Shown in pieces: positions 41,227 through 50,055 of a stretch of 64,000 nucleotides of DNA. The position numbers and the translations under genes are program-made. The DNA comes from Cyanobacteriota bacterium (GTDB taxonomy: Bacteria; Cyanobacteriota; Vampirovibrionia; Vampirovibrionales; Vampirovibrionaceae): positions 65,564 to 129,563 of the forward strand of contig JAIEMW010000001.1 in the NCBI GenBank assembly GCA_019751815.1, read 5' to 3'. A model generated the notes under the pieces. That model did not search any database, was not told the DNA's origin, and was given only the letters and a program-made list of their open reading frames with translations. Positions within the stretch are counted from its first letter, which is position 1, and each line of letters starts with the position of its first letter.

Positions 41227-42426
41227 GTGAATGAGCCTGTGCCTGAATCAGCGTTAAATAGTCCTGACAACCGTGTCTTAATTTTTGATACCACGTTGCG
41301 CGACGGGGAACAATCAGCTGGGGCTTCTCTCAAGAACCAAGAGAAACTGCTGATTGCGCGGCAGCTGGCCAAACTCAATGTCGATGTCATAGAAGCGGGT
41401 TTTCCCTTCAGTAGCCCTGGGGATTTTGAGTCCGTTCGCCAAATCGCCGCCGAAATTGAAGGCCCAGTCATCTGTGGGTTAAGCCGAACCACCCCGCAGG
41501 ATATTGATGCTACCTGGGATGCGGTCAAAGTCTCTAAAAAACCCAGAATCCACACCTTTATTGCCACCAGTGACATCCATATTGCTGCAAAATTCAAGAA
41601 GACCCGGGATGAAATTCTTGGCATTGCACGAGATATGGTGGCTTATGCCGCTTCCAAATGTGCGGATGTAGAATTTTCGGCTGAAGATGCGGGTCGAACA
41701 GAGCCTTACTTCCTCTATAAAGTGATTGAGGCGGTGATTGATGCCGGGGCCACCACAGTCAATATCCCGGATACGGTTGGGTATACCATTCCTGAAGAGT
41801 TTGGCCGGCTAATTAAAGGCATTATGCTGCAAGTCCCTAACGTGCATAAGGCGGTTATCTCTGTGCACTGCCATAATGATCTGGGTATGGCCACGGCTAA
41901 TAGCCTAGCGGGTATTCTGAACGGGGCAAGGCAAGTTGAATGTACGATTAACGGCATTGGAGAACGCGCGGGTAATGCCGCGATGGAAGAAATTGTGATG
42001 GCTTTAAAAGTAAGGCCCGCTTATTTCGAAGGGATCCACACCCAGGTCCAGACCGAGCATTTTCTAGAGACCAGCCATATGGTCTCTGAACTGACCCATA
42101 TTTCTGTCCAGCCTAACAAGGCGATTATTGGTGAAAATGCGTTTGCACACGAGTCCGGTATTCACCAGGACGGGTTTTTAAAAGGGCGAGATACCTATGA
42201 GATTATGCAGCCCGAATGGATCGGTCTCAACGAATCGATGCTGCCTCTTGGACCCCGTTCTGGACGAGCAGCGGTAAAAGCCCGTTTGAACAGACTGGGT
42301 TTAAGCATGACAGATGACGATATGGCCCATTTCTTTAATGCCTTCAAACAACTAGCCGATGTGAAAAAACGCGTAGAAGATAGCGATCTAGAATCTCTCT
42401 TTCGTCAACTCCAGCCTCAGGCTTAA
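41227..42426 (+). CDS. LeuA-family DRE-TIM metallolyase, short form without the regulatory domain (2-isopropylmalate / citramalate / homocitrate synthase-like)
   Basis: [25 protein letters not shown] and [43 protein letters not shown] are the hallmark blocks. It is only 399 aa and lacks the LeuA C-terminal allosteric domain. Confidence 0.8.
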   Translation: MNEPVPESALNSPDNRVLIFDTTLRDGEQSAGASLKNQEKLLIARQLAKLNVDVIEAGFPFSSPGDFESVRQIAAEIEGPVICGLSRTTPQDIDATWDAVKVSKKPRIHTFIATSDIHIAAKFKKTRDEILGIARDMVAYAASKCADVEFSAEDAGRTEPYFLYKVIEAVIDAGATTVNIPDTVGYTIPEEFGRLIKGIMLQVPNVHKAVISVHCHNDLGMATANSLAGILNGARQVECTINGIGERAGNAAMEEIVMALKVRPAYFEGIHTQVQTEHFLETSHMVSELTHISVQPNKAIIGENAFAHESGIHQDGFLKGRDTYEIMQPEWIGLNESMLPLGPRSGRAAVKARLNRLGLSMTDDDMAHFFNAFKQLADVKKRVEDSDLESLFRQLQPQA

Positions 42427-42437
42427 GAAGCTAAAGC

Positions 42438-42920
42438 GTGATGCCTGAGGGGATACGTGAACGGTGGGAATGGTTCAAGGGGCATTGGGATGAGTGCCTG
42501 ATTGTTGTTATGTTACTGCTGCTTGTGAGCGGGGGGCTCTATCTGCTATGGCCGGAGCCGGATATACCAGTTCGCATTGTGTCACGCACAGAGACCTCCC
42601 CAGAAAATAGCCCTGAGAATATTGCTACTGAAGACGTATCTGTACAAAGTACAGATATGACAACCCAGATGGAGTCGCCAAATCGGGCAAAAAAATCGAA
42701 GAAATACACCCGTGCCAAGAAAGTACTCAAAGTGGTCCGTATTAATCAGGCCTCAGCCTCAGAGCTGCTTCATTTACCAGGGATTGGCCCGGCCTTGGCT
42801 CAGCGGATTATCTCCTACCGTAAGCAATTTGGTTCCTTCAAAACGGTGGATGAGCTGGATAAAGTCTCTGGGATTGGGCCTAAGAAGCTGGCGGCAATGC
42901 GGCCTTTTATCAAAATTTAG
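42438..42920 (+). CDS. ComEA-like helix-hairpin-helix DNA-binding protein
   Basis: N-terminal TM, then a C-terminal tandem HhH (INQASASELLHLPGIGPALAQRIISYRKQFGSFKTVDELDKVSGIGPKKL). Confidence 0.8.
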   Translation: MMPEGIRERWEWFKGHWDECLIVVMLLLLVSGGLYLLWPEPDIPVRIVSRTETSPENSPENIATEDVSVQSTDMTTQMESPNRAKKSKKYTRAKKVLKVVRINQASASELLHLPGIGPALAQRIISYRKQFGSFKTVDELDKVSGIGPKKLAAMRPFIKI

Positions 42921-42930
42921 GGTAGGCTCA

Positions 42931-43647
42931 TTAAATAAGCGTGTTTCCTGCCGTGGGCGGGTAGAGCTGCCGAATGGCTGCGATATCTTCTGGATGAAGC
43001 GCCTGATTTTTCCATCCCCGGTGGTGCATCACGGCTTTTTCGGCACTCCCGTGCTCTAAACCGAGTGCGTGCCCGATTTCATGCAGCAGCGTCGTTTTCC
43101 AGCGTTGCTGCTGAGCTTTTTTGCTGTCAAGGTGCTTGTCTATCTCTGGGTTATCCATCAGGGTGATGGTGACGCGGTGGATCCAGCCTTGAGTATCGAC
43201 TTCCCGCTGTGTATGTCCAACCTCATAGTCCCGACCCAGAGTGGTTTGGGACGAGAAGGTAATCAGTATCCCCTTTTCAGCCACTAAATCAGGGTTGGCA
43301 AAGGGCAACAGTTTGAAGGTTACCGGTGGGGTTGAAGTGACACCGTCTACTGAGGCAAGCTCCCACTCTCGGAGGGCTTGGGACAGTGCTTGCCGCAAAA
43401 AATGATGAAACGCTAACTCTTTATCCTCTGTGTTTGCAGGCTGATGACTTGGAAAGGGCATCAGCACGACAGGAAGGGGCATGGATTGAGAATGCCACCG
43501 GACACCAGTATTTGCTGTTAAAGAACCCCCCTCGGACTGCCTAGCGATGACAGGAGGGATCTCACCAGTAACCTTTTGAGGTGCAATTTCAGAGACATAG
43601 GGTTGCAGGTGGGAAAGTAGCAACGGTCTCTCAGGAATTCTCATCAC
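42931..43647 (-). CDS. matrixin-type (M10) zinc metalloprotease, no signal peptide
   Basis: HEIGHALGLEHG (HExxHxxGxxH) followed by the AVMHH Met-turn. No N-terminal hydrophobic leader. Confidence 0.7.
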   Translation of the reverse strand: MMRIPERPLLLSHLQPYVSEIAPQKVTGEIPPVIARQSEGGSLTANTGVRWHSQSMPLPVVLMPFPSHQPANTEDKELAFHHFLRQALSQALREWELASVDGVTSTPPVTFKLLPFANPDLVAEKGILITFSSQTTLGRDYEVGHTQREVDTQGWIHRVTITLMDNPEIDKHLDSKKAQQQRWKTTLLHEIGHALGLEHGSAEKAVMHHRGWKNQALHPEDIAAIRQLYPPTAGNTLI

Positions 43648-43653
43648 GCTTTT

Positions 43654-43878
43654 TTATTGAGAGGCAAAGTTGGAACGAAGTTCTCCGGAAACCACCTCGG
43701 TAAATTCATCGAATAAATTACCGAATTCCTGCATATTTGGCTGGGATGCCAAATTGGAAGGGTTGTATCCCTCATATGTATTGTTTGTGTGTGTATTGCT
43801 TATTTGGCTGCCGTTTTGCATGCTGGAATCATTACTCCTTATTCTTGTTTGATAGAAGCTCTTTCGACCAGTTTGCAT
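43654..43878 (-). CDS. small Gln/Asn/Ser-rich low-complexity protein
   Basis: A roughly 74-aa ORF (MQTGRKSFYQTRIRSNDSSMQNGSQISNTHTNNTYEGYNPSNLASQPNMQEFGNLFDEF...) wedged between the tamB-like and matrixin genes on the same strand. Confidence 0.3.
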   Translation of the reverse strand: MQTGRKSFYQTRIRSNDSSMQNGSQISNTHTNNTYEGYNPSNLASQPNMQEFGNLFDEFTEVVSGELRSNFASQ

Positions 43879-43907
43879 CAAAACTTTGAAAACTCGGACT
43901 TTTGTTA

Positions 43908-46900
43908 CTATTCTGTAAGCCACCGGAAATCTTTGATGGAACGTAATTGATTGACCGGTCCTAAAATATTGACCTGAAAACGGTGAACATCTTTTGGAAT
44001 TCCCCCCAGCCCAGGAATATAGCCCAGGCCAGGAATGTGGTAGATGATGCCTTCTTTTCCGTTAGGCAGTGTCCCCAACACAGGTATCCAGTGCAGGGCT
44101 GAGGTGAGGTTGGCTTTTCCAAAATGACCTAAAACGCCGTTCACATTTTGGCTCATCGCACCAATCACTTGGAGATCCGCTGCGGCGTCCAACATATTGA
44201 CCCGTCCTTTCACCGAAAGGCTCAGATCTTTCCCGCTGGAGAGGAGATTTTCCGTATGGCCAACCCCAGAGAGCATCCGAAAGTCACCTGAGAGCTTGGC
44301 AAAATAGTTTGTATCTAGTGGGGAGAGGGCCCTGAATAAATTATTGAGGCTAAGTCCAGCGATACCACCGCGTAATAAATTGGCCGCAGTCAGAATGGTC
44401 TCTAATTTAGCAACCGCTGGAAGGCGGCCGTTCTCAATCACAAACCCAACGGTACCATCGGCATTTTTAACCAACTCATTATCCGTTTCACCCTGGCTGC
44501 TCACTTGAACTTTTCCGTCCATATCGCCAAAAATCACGTTGGGTGCATTTAAAAGAGTTTTGGCTAAGGGGTTGACCTTCACCTTATGCAAATTGAGGGA
44601 TAGAGACATATGGTTTTTTTTGAGTGGATCCATTGAAAGCGCCCCGCTCACCTCACCGCCGGCGGCCTTAAACCGGACATCATTCAATTCAAAGTAACCA
44701 GTGGGGAAAATCGCCAGTTTCCCATAATATTGGGACAGCAGGACGTCATCGTAGACGACACTGTCATAAGTAATGGGAGCTGCTTGAAACTCAAACGGGA
44801 CAGCGGGATCTTCTGGTTTCAACGGGCCCAATAGTTTTTCGAGCCAATTTTTCTGGAATTTTTCCAGAACAACTTGGGTCATATACTTCTGAAGCAGAGG
44901 CACTACTAAGCGTTTGCCTTGCAAGGTAACCTCACTGAGGCGAAAAGGGTAATGGGTCAAGTCATCCATTTTTCCAGAGAGTTGAGCGTCCAGCCCGGGA
45001 ACCCGAAATTCGCTTACCGAAAAAGAACCTTCCGTCCCGGTGAATACTGCTTTCCCACTGGTTTTGCTGATCGAGAAAAACGGGATGTTTAAATCTTGCC
45101 AAGTGGTATGCCCGGATACGGTCAGGTTTTCTGGAAGTCCGTCTGGATTTTGTGCAGTGAGTTTTAGGCTGAGTTCTGGTTGAGACTCAGCTGAAGCCAA
45201 CTCCCATTGATACCCACTGCTGAGAGGCTGTTGAATGTTATTGATGCTCCCTTGCAACGTCAGTGGAAAGGTGTTTTGGGCAATATGGAGCTGACACTGT
45301 GCGTTCTGGAGATTAAAGCGACTTTGCATCAACTCCCAGGGTAATTCACACTGGAATAGGTTTTTACCGTGTTGATTTTCGATATCACTGACACCCAAAT
45401 GCAGGACACCTGAGCTCATCTTGCTCGAGGCAATCTTACTAGATGGCACTGTTAGACTAAAAGGCGCTTGAACCGTCAGTCGCTGATTATAGTCAAATCC
45501 CAGATTCTCACTCTCGATAAACAAAGCGGGACTGGGGCTTGGGTTGGCCGGGATATGACCCAAGATATTACCCGAGAGATTGCTGATATGGTGACCAGGG
45601 GTATCCCACTGGAGTTGATGGAGAATGAGTTCGACTGATGAGCGTCTTGCTGTCTTGGTGTTGTTTGTTTGAGACGTATTCAGCGCTAAAGAGAATTGCC
45701 CTTGAACAGTATGATTCGCCAGAGTGTGTGCCCAGGTTTTGTTATGTGATTTCAGCTCGTTTAAGAACACACCTGCATCAATAGGTCCCACTGTCATGGT
45801 GCTTTGTTGCGTCTCTGCTCGATAGGCGCTACTGAGATTCAGCGGTAGGCTTCCCCATTTTCCTTGGGTTGGGGCAATGTCTAAGCGAATGTCAGGCCCT
45901 GGTCTCAGTGCAATCAGAAGCTGGTTAAATTCGATGGGGGGATGGTTTGGGCCGAGGTCTACACGAACGGCTTGAAGATTCAGGGATCCATCAATGAGGT
46001 TATTACTCCTCTGTTGGACCCAGTGAATCCTTGACTGGGCTTTGGCTCGAATATGCCGGACAGAAAAGGGCGTATCAAATAGAATGTAGGGCCTTACGGG
46101 GGCAAAGGGCTGATAGAGGGGATCAACATCCGGAATATCGGCAAGCATCCAAAGATCACTTTGGGTGGGAGACAGCCTGCCGGACAGCTTCCACTGAATT
46201 TGATTCCAGGTGAGTGACAGTGGTTGTAATAGGAGGATCTTATTTTTTAAGGTGAGTGATCCATTGGTGTGATGAACCAGAAAAGTACGGGCAGACCGGC
46301 CTTTACTGGCTTGAAAAGCTGCATTGAGATAGCCTTCCTTTAGTTTGACGGTGCCTGACACAAGGGGATTTTTCCATTGGCCTTGAACCCTGGCATTCAC
46401 TTGCACAAGACCGCCCACCGTTATTGACTGGGGTGGGACTAGCTCATTAATGATTGCAGGGCCTAAAACACCACTTTCTAGCACTTGCTGAATAAAGGGA
46501 TTCAGCGCTTCTAGCTTAAAGTCGGCTCCAGGTGCAGTGCGAATCTGAATATCATTTTTGATTTCTTGATTTTTGAGAGCAATAACGCCTTGTAATTCAA
46601 GGGCTTGCGACCCTATGTCTTTCGAATTGGTAAAACTCAGCTGGATTGCGTTGAGTGAGATCTTGTCTGAAGAAAATGCCATGGCCCCGTTGATACTTGG
46701 TGTATCGAGTGACTGGCGACTAAAACCAGTCTGGGCTTGTACGTGATGAAGGTGCAGGGTCCCCAAAATCTTTGTGTTTGCGCTGTCAAAGGGTAGGGGA
46801 AGATGGACGCGGAGGCGGTCTGCTCGTATCTCTCCTTGTAGATTGTGAAGACTATTTTGAAGCCCATTTTTGAGCCTACTTCTAGGGGACGGCAGGTCAT

Positions 46901-48506
46901 CGACTAGGGCGTTCAACCGGTTTAAATTGAGCGGACCAGAGTCTAATAGAAGATCGGCACTTTTCATTTCTTTGAGCGGGAGAACGGCCTCAACCGTGAG
47001 TGGCTGACGGTCGAGTTGCCCCGTGAATTTGCTCGATATCTTGTCAGCACCCAGCAAAACCGACATCCTGCTTTCAGCGAGATGTATTTTGGGCATGCTC
47101 AGCTTTTCAAGGGTGATTGTTCCAGTGGGCCAGCGGCTTGTTGTACTTTTAGAGGAGGTCATATCCCAGTGAAATTCACTTTTGAGACTGCCGGAAGCCA
47201 GATATTTGGCCAGAAAAGAAAGGCTGTCCTGAAGGTCTTTTTGGATACTTTTTTTGATTACTGGAGAAAACGCTTGTATATCAGCTGTCCTGAGTCTCTC
47301 AAGGAATGACCGTATATCGGGGATGTCCGCGCTGAGCACCAAGGGGGTTCCTTGATCTGGCTGTCTTTGGCCGATACGAAGTGTCCCTTTTATGCCGTCA
47401 GCCTTAAATCGTAATTGAGAGAGTATGGATTGGTGACTGGGCTCAGATTCAATCTCCCATTGCTTCAGTAAGGGATGATCTCCCTGAACCTTATAGTAGA
47501 AAGGGGTGTTCGTCGTTTTTTTAAAGAGGACCCTTTCAATGCGAGGGACCAAGGCGTGTGTAAGGCTTACTTGCGGCAGTGTCTTCAGAGACACTTTTTT
47601 CGTATAGGCCTTCATAAACGGCTGATACAGGCAGAGTAACCGCACCGCATTGATTTTATGCGCCTCCAAAAAGAAATGTTCTGGAGAGCCGTTTTCTGTA
47701 ATTGACGCTATAGAAAATCCAGGTTTAAACGGTTCTGGCGCTGTTTTTAGGCGCATATTCAGGGAGTTTATTAGGGTGTTTTCTGGCAGGGGTGTTGATT
47801 TTTTTGACGGAGTCATTTCACTAAGGCTCATTTGGTCAATCTCAAATTCGGCTTTTTGGGTGCTGTTGAGATGCTTGAGTGAGAGTAGACGGGATGTTAG
47901 CTTTAGCCATGATTTTGTCGTAGACGAATCTCCAGTAGCGCCTAACAGCCTTACTTGAGCTGCGTGTACCACGAGAGTCGAGTCTTCAAACAATAGGTTT
48001 TTTTTGCGTTCGGGCAGCTGGGAGAGGTCAATTTTTTTGAGTTTGTCTAAAAACTCGGGTGTGAGTGTGATGTTAGGACGGTCTAAATCAAGCGAGGACA
48101 CCTGTTTTTCCTGATCTTTGACAAGAAAGGGGAATGCTCGGATGCAGATGGTTGCCCGAGGGATGAAGATGCTCGGATTTTTAGCTAAATAATCAGTCTC
48201 ATAAAGGCCGATTTTGTTGACCTGAGCACAGGCCCCATGAGCCCAACTCAGCTTTAGGGAGAGTGTACCCAATTTAAGGGTTAATCCCGTTTCTGCTCTG
48301 GGCTTTGATAAAACCGTTTGATTGATCGTCTCTTCAATCTGGGATTTTAGCGCATCCAGGGGCAGTAGACGGTTGAGGACTGTCTCTAAGACTGTGCTGA
48401 TGAGCAAGCCCGCCGCAAAGATAAGGGCTACTTTTTTTAAGAGTGACCTGAAGATTGTCCGACGGCGATGTTTGCTTTCAATATCAGGGAGGGGAGATTT
48501 CATCAC
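43908..48506 (-). CDS. giant AsmA/TamB-like outer-membrane-biogenesis protein
   Basis: 1532 aa. N-terminal single TM anchor (VALIFAAGLLISTVLETVL), then a very long beta-rich periplasmic region with the composition and length typical of TamB/AsmA-like proteins. No adjacent Omp85/TamA partner. Confidence 0.55.
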   Translation of the reverse strand: MMKSPLPDIESKHRRRTIFRSLLKKVALIFAAGLLISTVLETVLNRLLPLDALKSQIEETINQTVLSKPRAETGLTLKLGTLSLKLSWAHGACAQVNKIGLYETDYLAKNPSIFIPRATICIRAFPFLVKDQEKQVSSLDLDRPNITLTPEFLDKLKKIDLSQLPERKKNLLFEDSTLVVHAAQVRLLGATGDSSTTKSWLKLTSRLLSLKHLNSTQKAEFEIDQMSLSEMTPSKKSTPLPENTLINSLNMRLKTAPEPFKPGFSIASITENGSPEHFFLEAHKINAVRLLCLYQPFMKAYTKKVSLKTLPQVSLTHALVPRIERVLFKKTTNTPFYYKVQGDHPLLKQWEIESEPSHQSILSQLRFKADGIKGTLRIGQRQPDQGTPLVLSADIPDIRSFLERLRTADIQAFSPVIKKSIQKDLQDSLSFLAKYLASGSLKSEFHWDMTSSKSTTSRWPTGTITLEKLSMPKIHLAESRMSVLLGADKISSKFTGQLDRQPLTVEAVLPLKEMKSADLLLDSGPLNLNRLNALVDDLPSPRSRLKNGLQNSLHNLQGEIRADRLRVHLPLPFDSANTKILGTLHLHHVQAQTGFSRQSLDTPSINGAMAFSSDKISLNAIQLSFTNSKDIGSQALELQGVIALKNQEIKNDIQIRTAPGADFKLEALNPFIQQVLESGVLGPAIINELVPPQSITVGGLVQVNARVQGQWKNPLVSGTVKLKEGYLNAAFQASKGRSARTFLVHHTNGSLTLKNKILLLQPLSLTWNQIQWKLSGRLSPTQSDLWMLADIPDVDPLYQPFAPVRPYILFDTPFSVRHIRAKAQSRIHWVQQRSNNLIDGSLNLQAVRVDLGPNHPPIEFNQLLIALRPGPDIRLDIAPTQGKWGSLPLNLSSAYRAETQQSTMTVGPIDAGVFLNELKSHNKTWAHTLANHTVQGQFSLALNTSQTNNTKTARRSSVELILHQLQWDTPGHHISNLSGNILGHIPANPSPSPALFIESENLGFDYNQRLTVQAPFSLTVPSSKIASSKMSSGVLHLGVSDIENQHGKNLFQCELPWELMQSRFNLQNAQCQLHIAQNTFPLTLQGSINNIQQPLSSGYQWELASAESQPELSLKLTAQNPDGLPENLTVSGHTTWQDLNIPFFSISKTSGKAVFTGTEGSFSVSEFRVPGLDAQLSGKMDDLTHYPFRLSEVTLQGKRLVVPLLQKYMTQVVLEKFQKNWLEKLLGPLKPEDPAVPFEFQAAPITYDSVVYDDVLLSQYYGKLAIFPTGYFELNDVRFKAAGGEVSGALSMDPLKKNHMSLSLNLHKVKVNPLAKTLLNAPNVIFGDMDGKVQVSSQGETDNELVKNADGTVGFVIENGRLPAVAKLETILTAANLLRGGIAGLSLNNLFRALSPLDTNYFAKLSGDFRMLSGVGHTENLLSSGKDLSLSVKGRVNMLDAAADLQVIGAMSQNVNGVLGHFGKANLTSALHWIPVLGTLPNGKEGIIYHIPGLGYIPGLGGIPKDVHRFQVNILGPVNQLRSIKDFRWLTE

Positions 48507-48562
48507 GCAAATCTTTTAATGGCCTAGGCTGTCATGGCCCAGGTTGGTTGTATCTGGCTGTG

Positions 48563-48817
48563 CTATTGGTGTGGTGGTTGGGGTTCTTGACCCACAGGGT
48601 TTTGTGCGGCAGGTGGAGGCGGTGCGGAGGGCTTGCCTTCTTCATGGTCGCCAGAGGCGGAGCGTTTGAATTGTCGAACTCCTTCACCCAAGGCGCGCAT
48701 CACATCAGGCAGTTTTCCTGGACCATAGATAATCAATACGATTAAGAACAAAAAGGCGACAACCACCGGGCTGAGTGAGAAAAACAAATAGGGTGGGTTG
48801 AAAGCAAGGTCTAGCAT
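48563..48817 (-). CDS. tatA: twin-arginine translocase subunit TatA/E
   Basis: TM helix VVVAFLFLIVLIIYGPGKLPDVMRALGEGVRQFKRS (the TatA hinge and amphipathic helix motif FGP.KLP..G...G..IR.FK), then a Pro-rich tail. Confidence 0.7.
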   Translation of the reverse strand: MLDLAFNPPYLFFSLSPVVVAFLFLIVLIIYGPGKLPDVMRALGEGVRQFKRSASGDHEEGKPSAPPPPAAQNPVGQEPQPPHQ

Positions 48818-48995
48818 GGGTTTTCAATCCTTGATACATAGATAAAATGCATGTTGAAGCTATGCATGGTGTAAAATGAGGTTGATTCGAGAGAATGCTC
48901 AAGTATCATACCATTAGCCAGATTGGGATGTCTCTTCTTGAACGGCGCCTTGCACAACAACATATGAAGCTTGGAAATTGAAGCTTGGAATTTAA

Positions 48996-49475
48996 ATGAC
49001 CACCGAACAGACGCATGCCCAGTCCAATGCGGAGATGCGGGATAAACTGACCCAGCAACTTCGAGACAGAGGACTGCGCCTTACCCCACAGCGAGAAAAA
49101 ATACTGGAAGTCTTCTTCAATTTACCGGAAGGGGATCACCTGAGTGCGGAAGAATTGCATCAGCGCCTAAAGAGCCATCACTTGGATATTAGTCTGGCGA
49201 CATCTTACCGGACGCTTAAACTATTGGTGTCTGTGGGTGCACTTCGAGAACTCGATTTTTCCGAAGATCACAAGCACTATGAGCTATCACGCAACCCAGA
49301 AGCTCCTCATCATCATATTATTTGCTCGGGCTGTGGTAAAACCGAAGAATTTGAAAGTCCGGAAGTTTTGCAACTTGCGGTTAATTTGCTGAGAGAAAAG
49401 CGCTATAAACTGACAGACGTCCAGCTTAAGCTTTACGGGTTGTGCCAAGACTGCTGTGATGACGAGCCAGACTAA
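48996..49475 (+). CDS. Fur-family metalloregulator (Fur/Zur/PerR-like)
   Basis: LTPQREKILEVFFNLPEGDHLSAEELHQRLK...ISLATSYRTLKLLVSVGAL DNA-binding domain, HHHIICSGCGKTEEF and CQDCC zinc motifs. Confidence 0.85.
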   Translation: MTTEQTHAQSNAEMRDKLTQQLRDRGLRLTPQREKILEVFFNLPEGDHLSAEELHQRLKSHHLDISLATSYRTLKLLVSVGALRELDFSEDHKHYELSRNPEAPHHHIICSGCGKTEEFESPEVLQLAVNLLREKRYKLTDVQLKLYGLCQDCCDDEPD

Positions 49476-49483
49476 TTCAACTT

Positions 49484-49948
49484 TTAATACACTGCGTTGA
49501 ACTGGATATTGTCATAGCTGATTGGGAAGGCTGCCGGGATGATGGGAACGGGCCCGGACATAGTCGGCAGACTGATGGCCCCAACAATGGGTCTAAATTG
49601 AGTTTGAACAGTGGCCTTAAAGCCTATTACGGCGCCTGTTCCCCCGTTGTTTCGAATCGGCAGGACACCCATGGTGGCTCCACCTGACATTAAATTGGCG
49701 GCTACCAGACGGTTCATCATTTGGGTTTCTCCAGCGGAAATGGCGGCAGACTCTCCCGCTCCATAGCTTAGAGAAGCGGTATAGGCGCCGTCAATCGCTG
49801 CCATTTTGGTGCCTTGATAGCATTGCCAGACTCGACCAATTTCGACAATGGCAAAGATGAGAATCATCAGGAATGGAAGCACCAGGGCCAATTCGACCAA
49901 ATTCTGACCCTTGGGAGGCCTGATGATACTTTTGCGGACTGCAGGCAT
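49484..49948 (-). CDS. TadE/TadG-like (Flp-pilus pseudopilin-type) protein, orphan
   Basis: NLVELALVLPFLMILIFAIVEIGRVW matches the TadE N-terminal signature (E.A..LP.L..L....E). No other tad genes are nearby. Confidence 0.6.
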   Translation of the reverse strand: MPAVRKSIIRPPKGQNLVELALVLPFLMILIFAIVEIGRVWQCYQGTKMAAIDGAYTASLSYGAGESAAISAGETQMMNRLVAANLMSGGATMGVLPIRNNGGTGAVIGFKATVQTQFRPIVGAISLPTMSGPVPIIPAAFPISYDNIQFNAVY

Positions 49949-50055
49949 AAAAAATCCCGTCTCAAACGCTCTCTAAAAACCTAAAGAGGTATCGACGAAA
50001 ACGGGATAGACTCGTATTCGTGAGTCACACTGTTACACGTTGTTACAGGAGTGGG

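Noticed and set aside
43908-48506. Possibility that the 1532-aa protein is a polymorphic toxin or RHS/adhesin rather than TamB-like
   Set aside because: There are no RHS/YD repeats, no C-terminal toxin-like module and no adjacent immunity ORF. A single N-terminal anchor plus a long beta-rich region fits AsmA/TamB better, though this was not verified by search.
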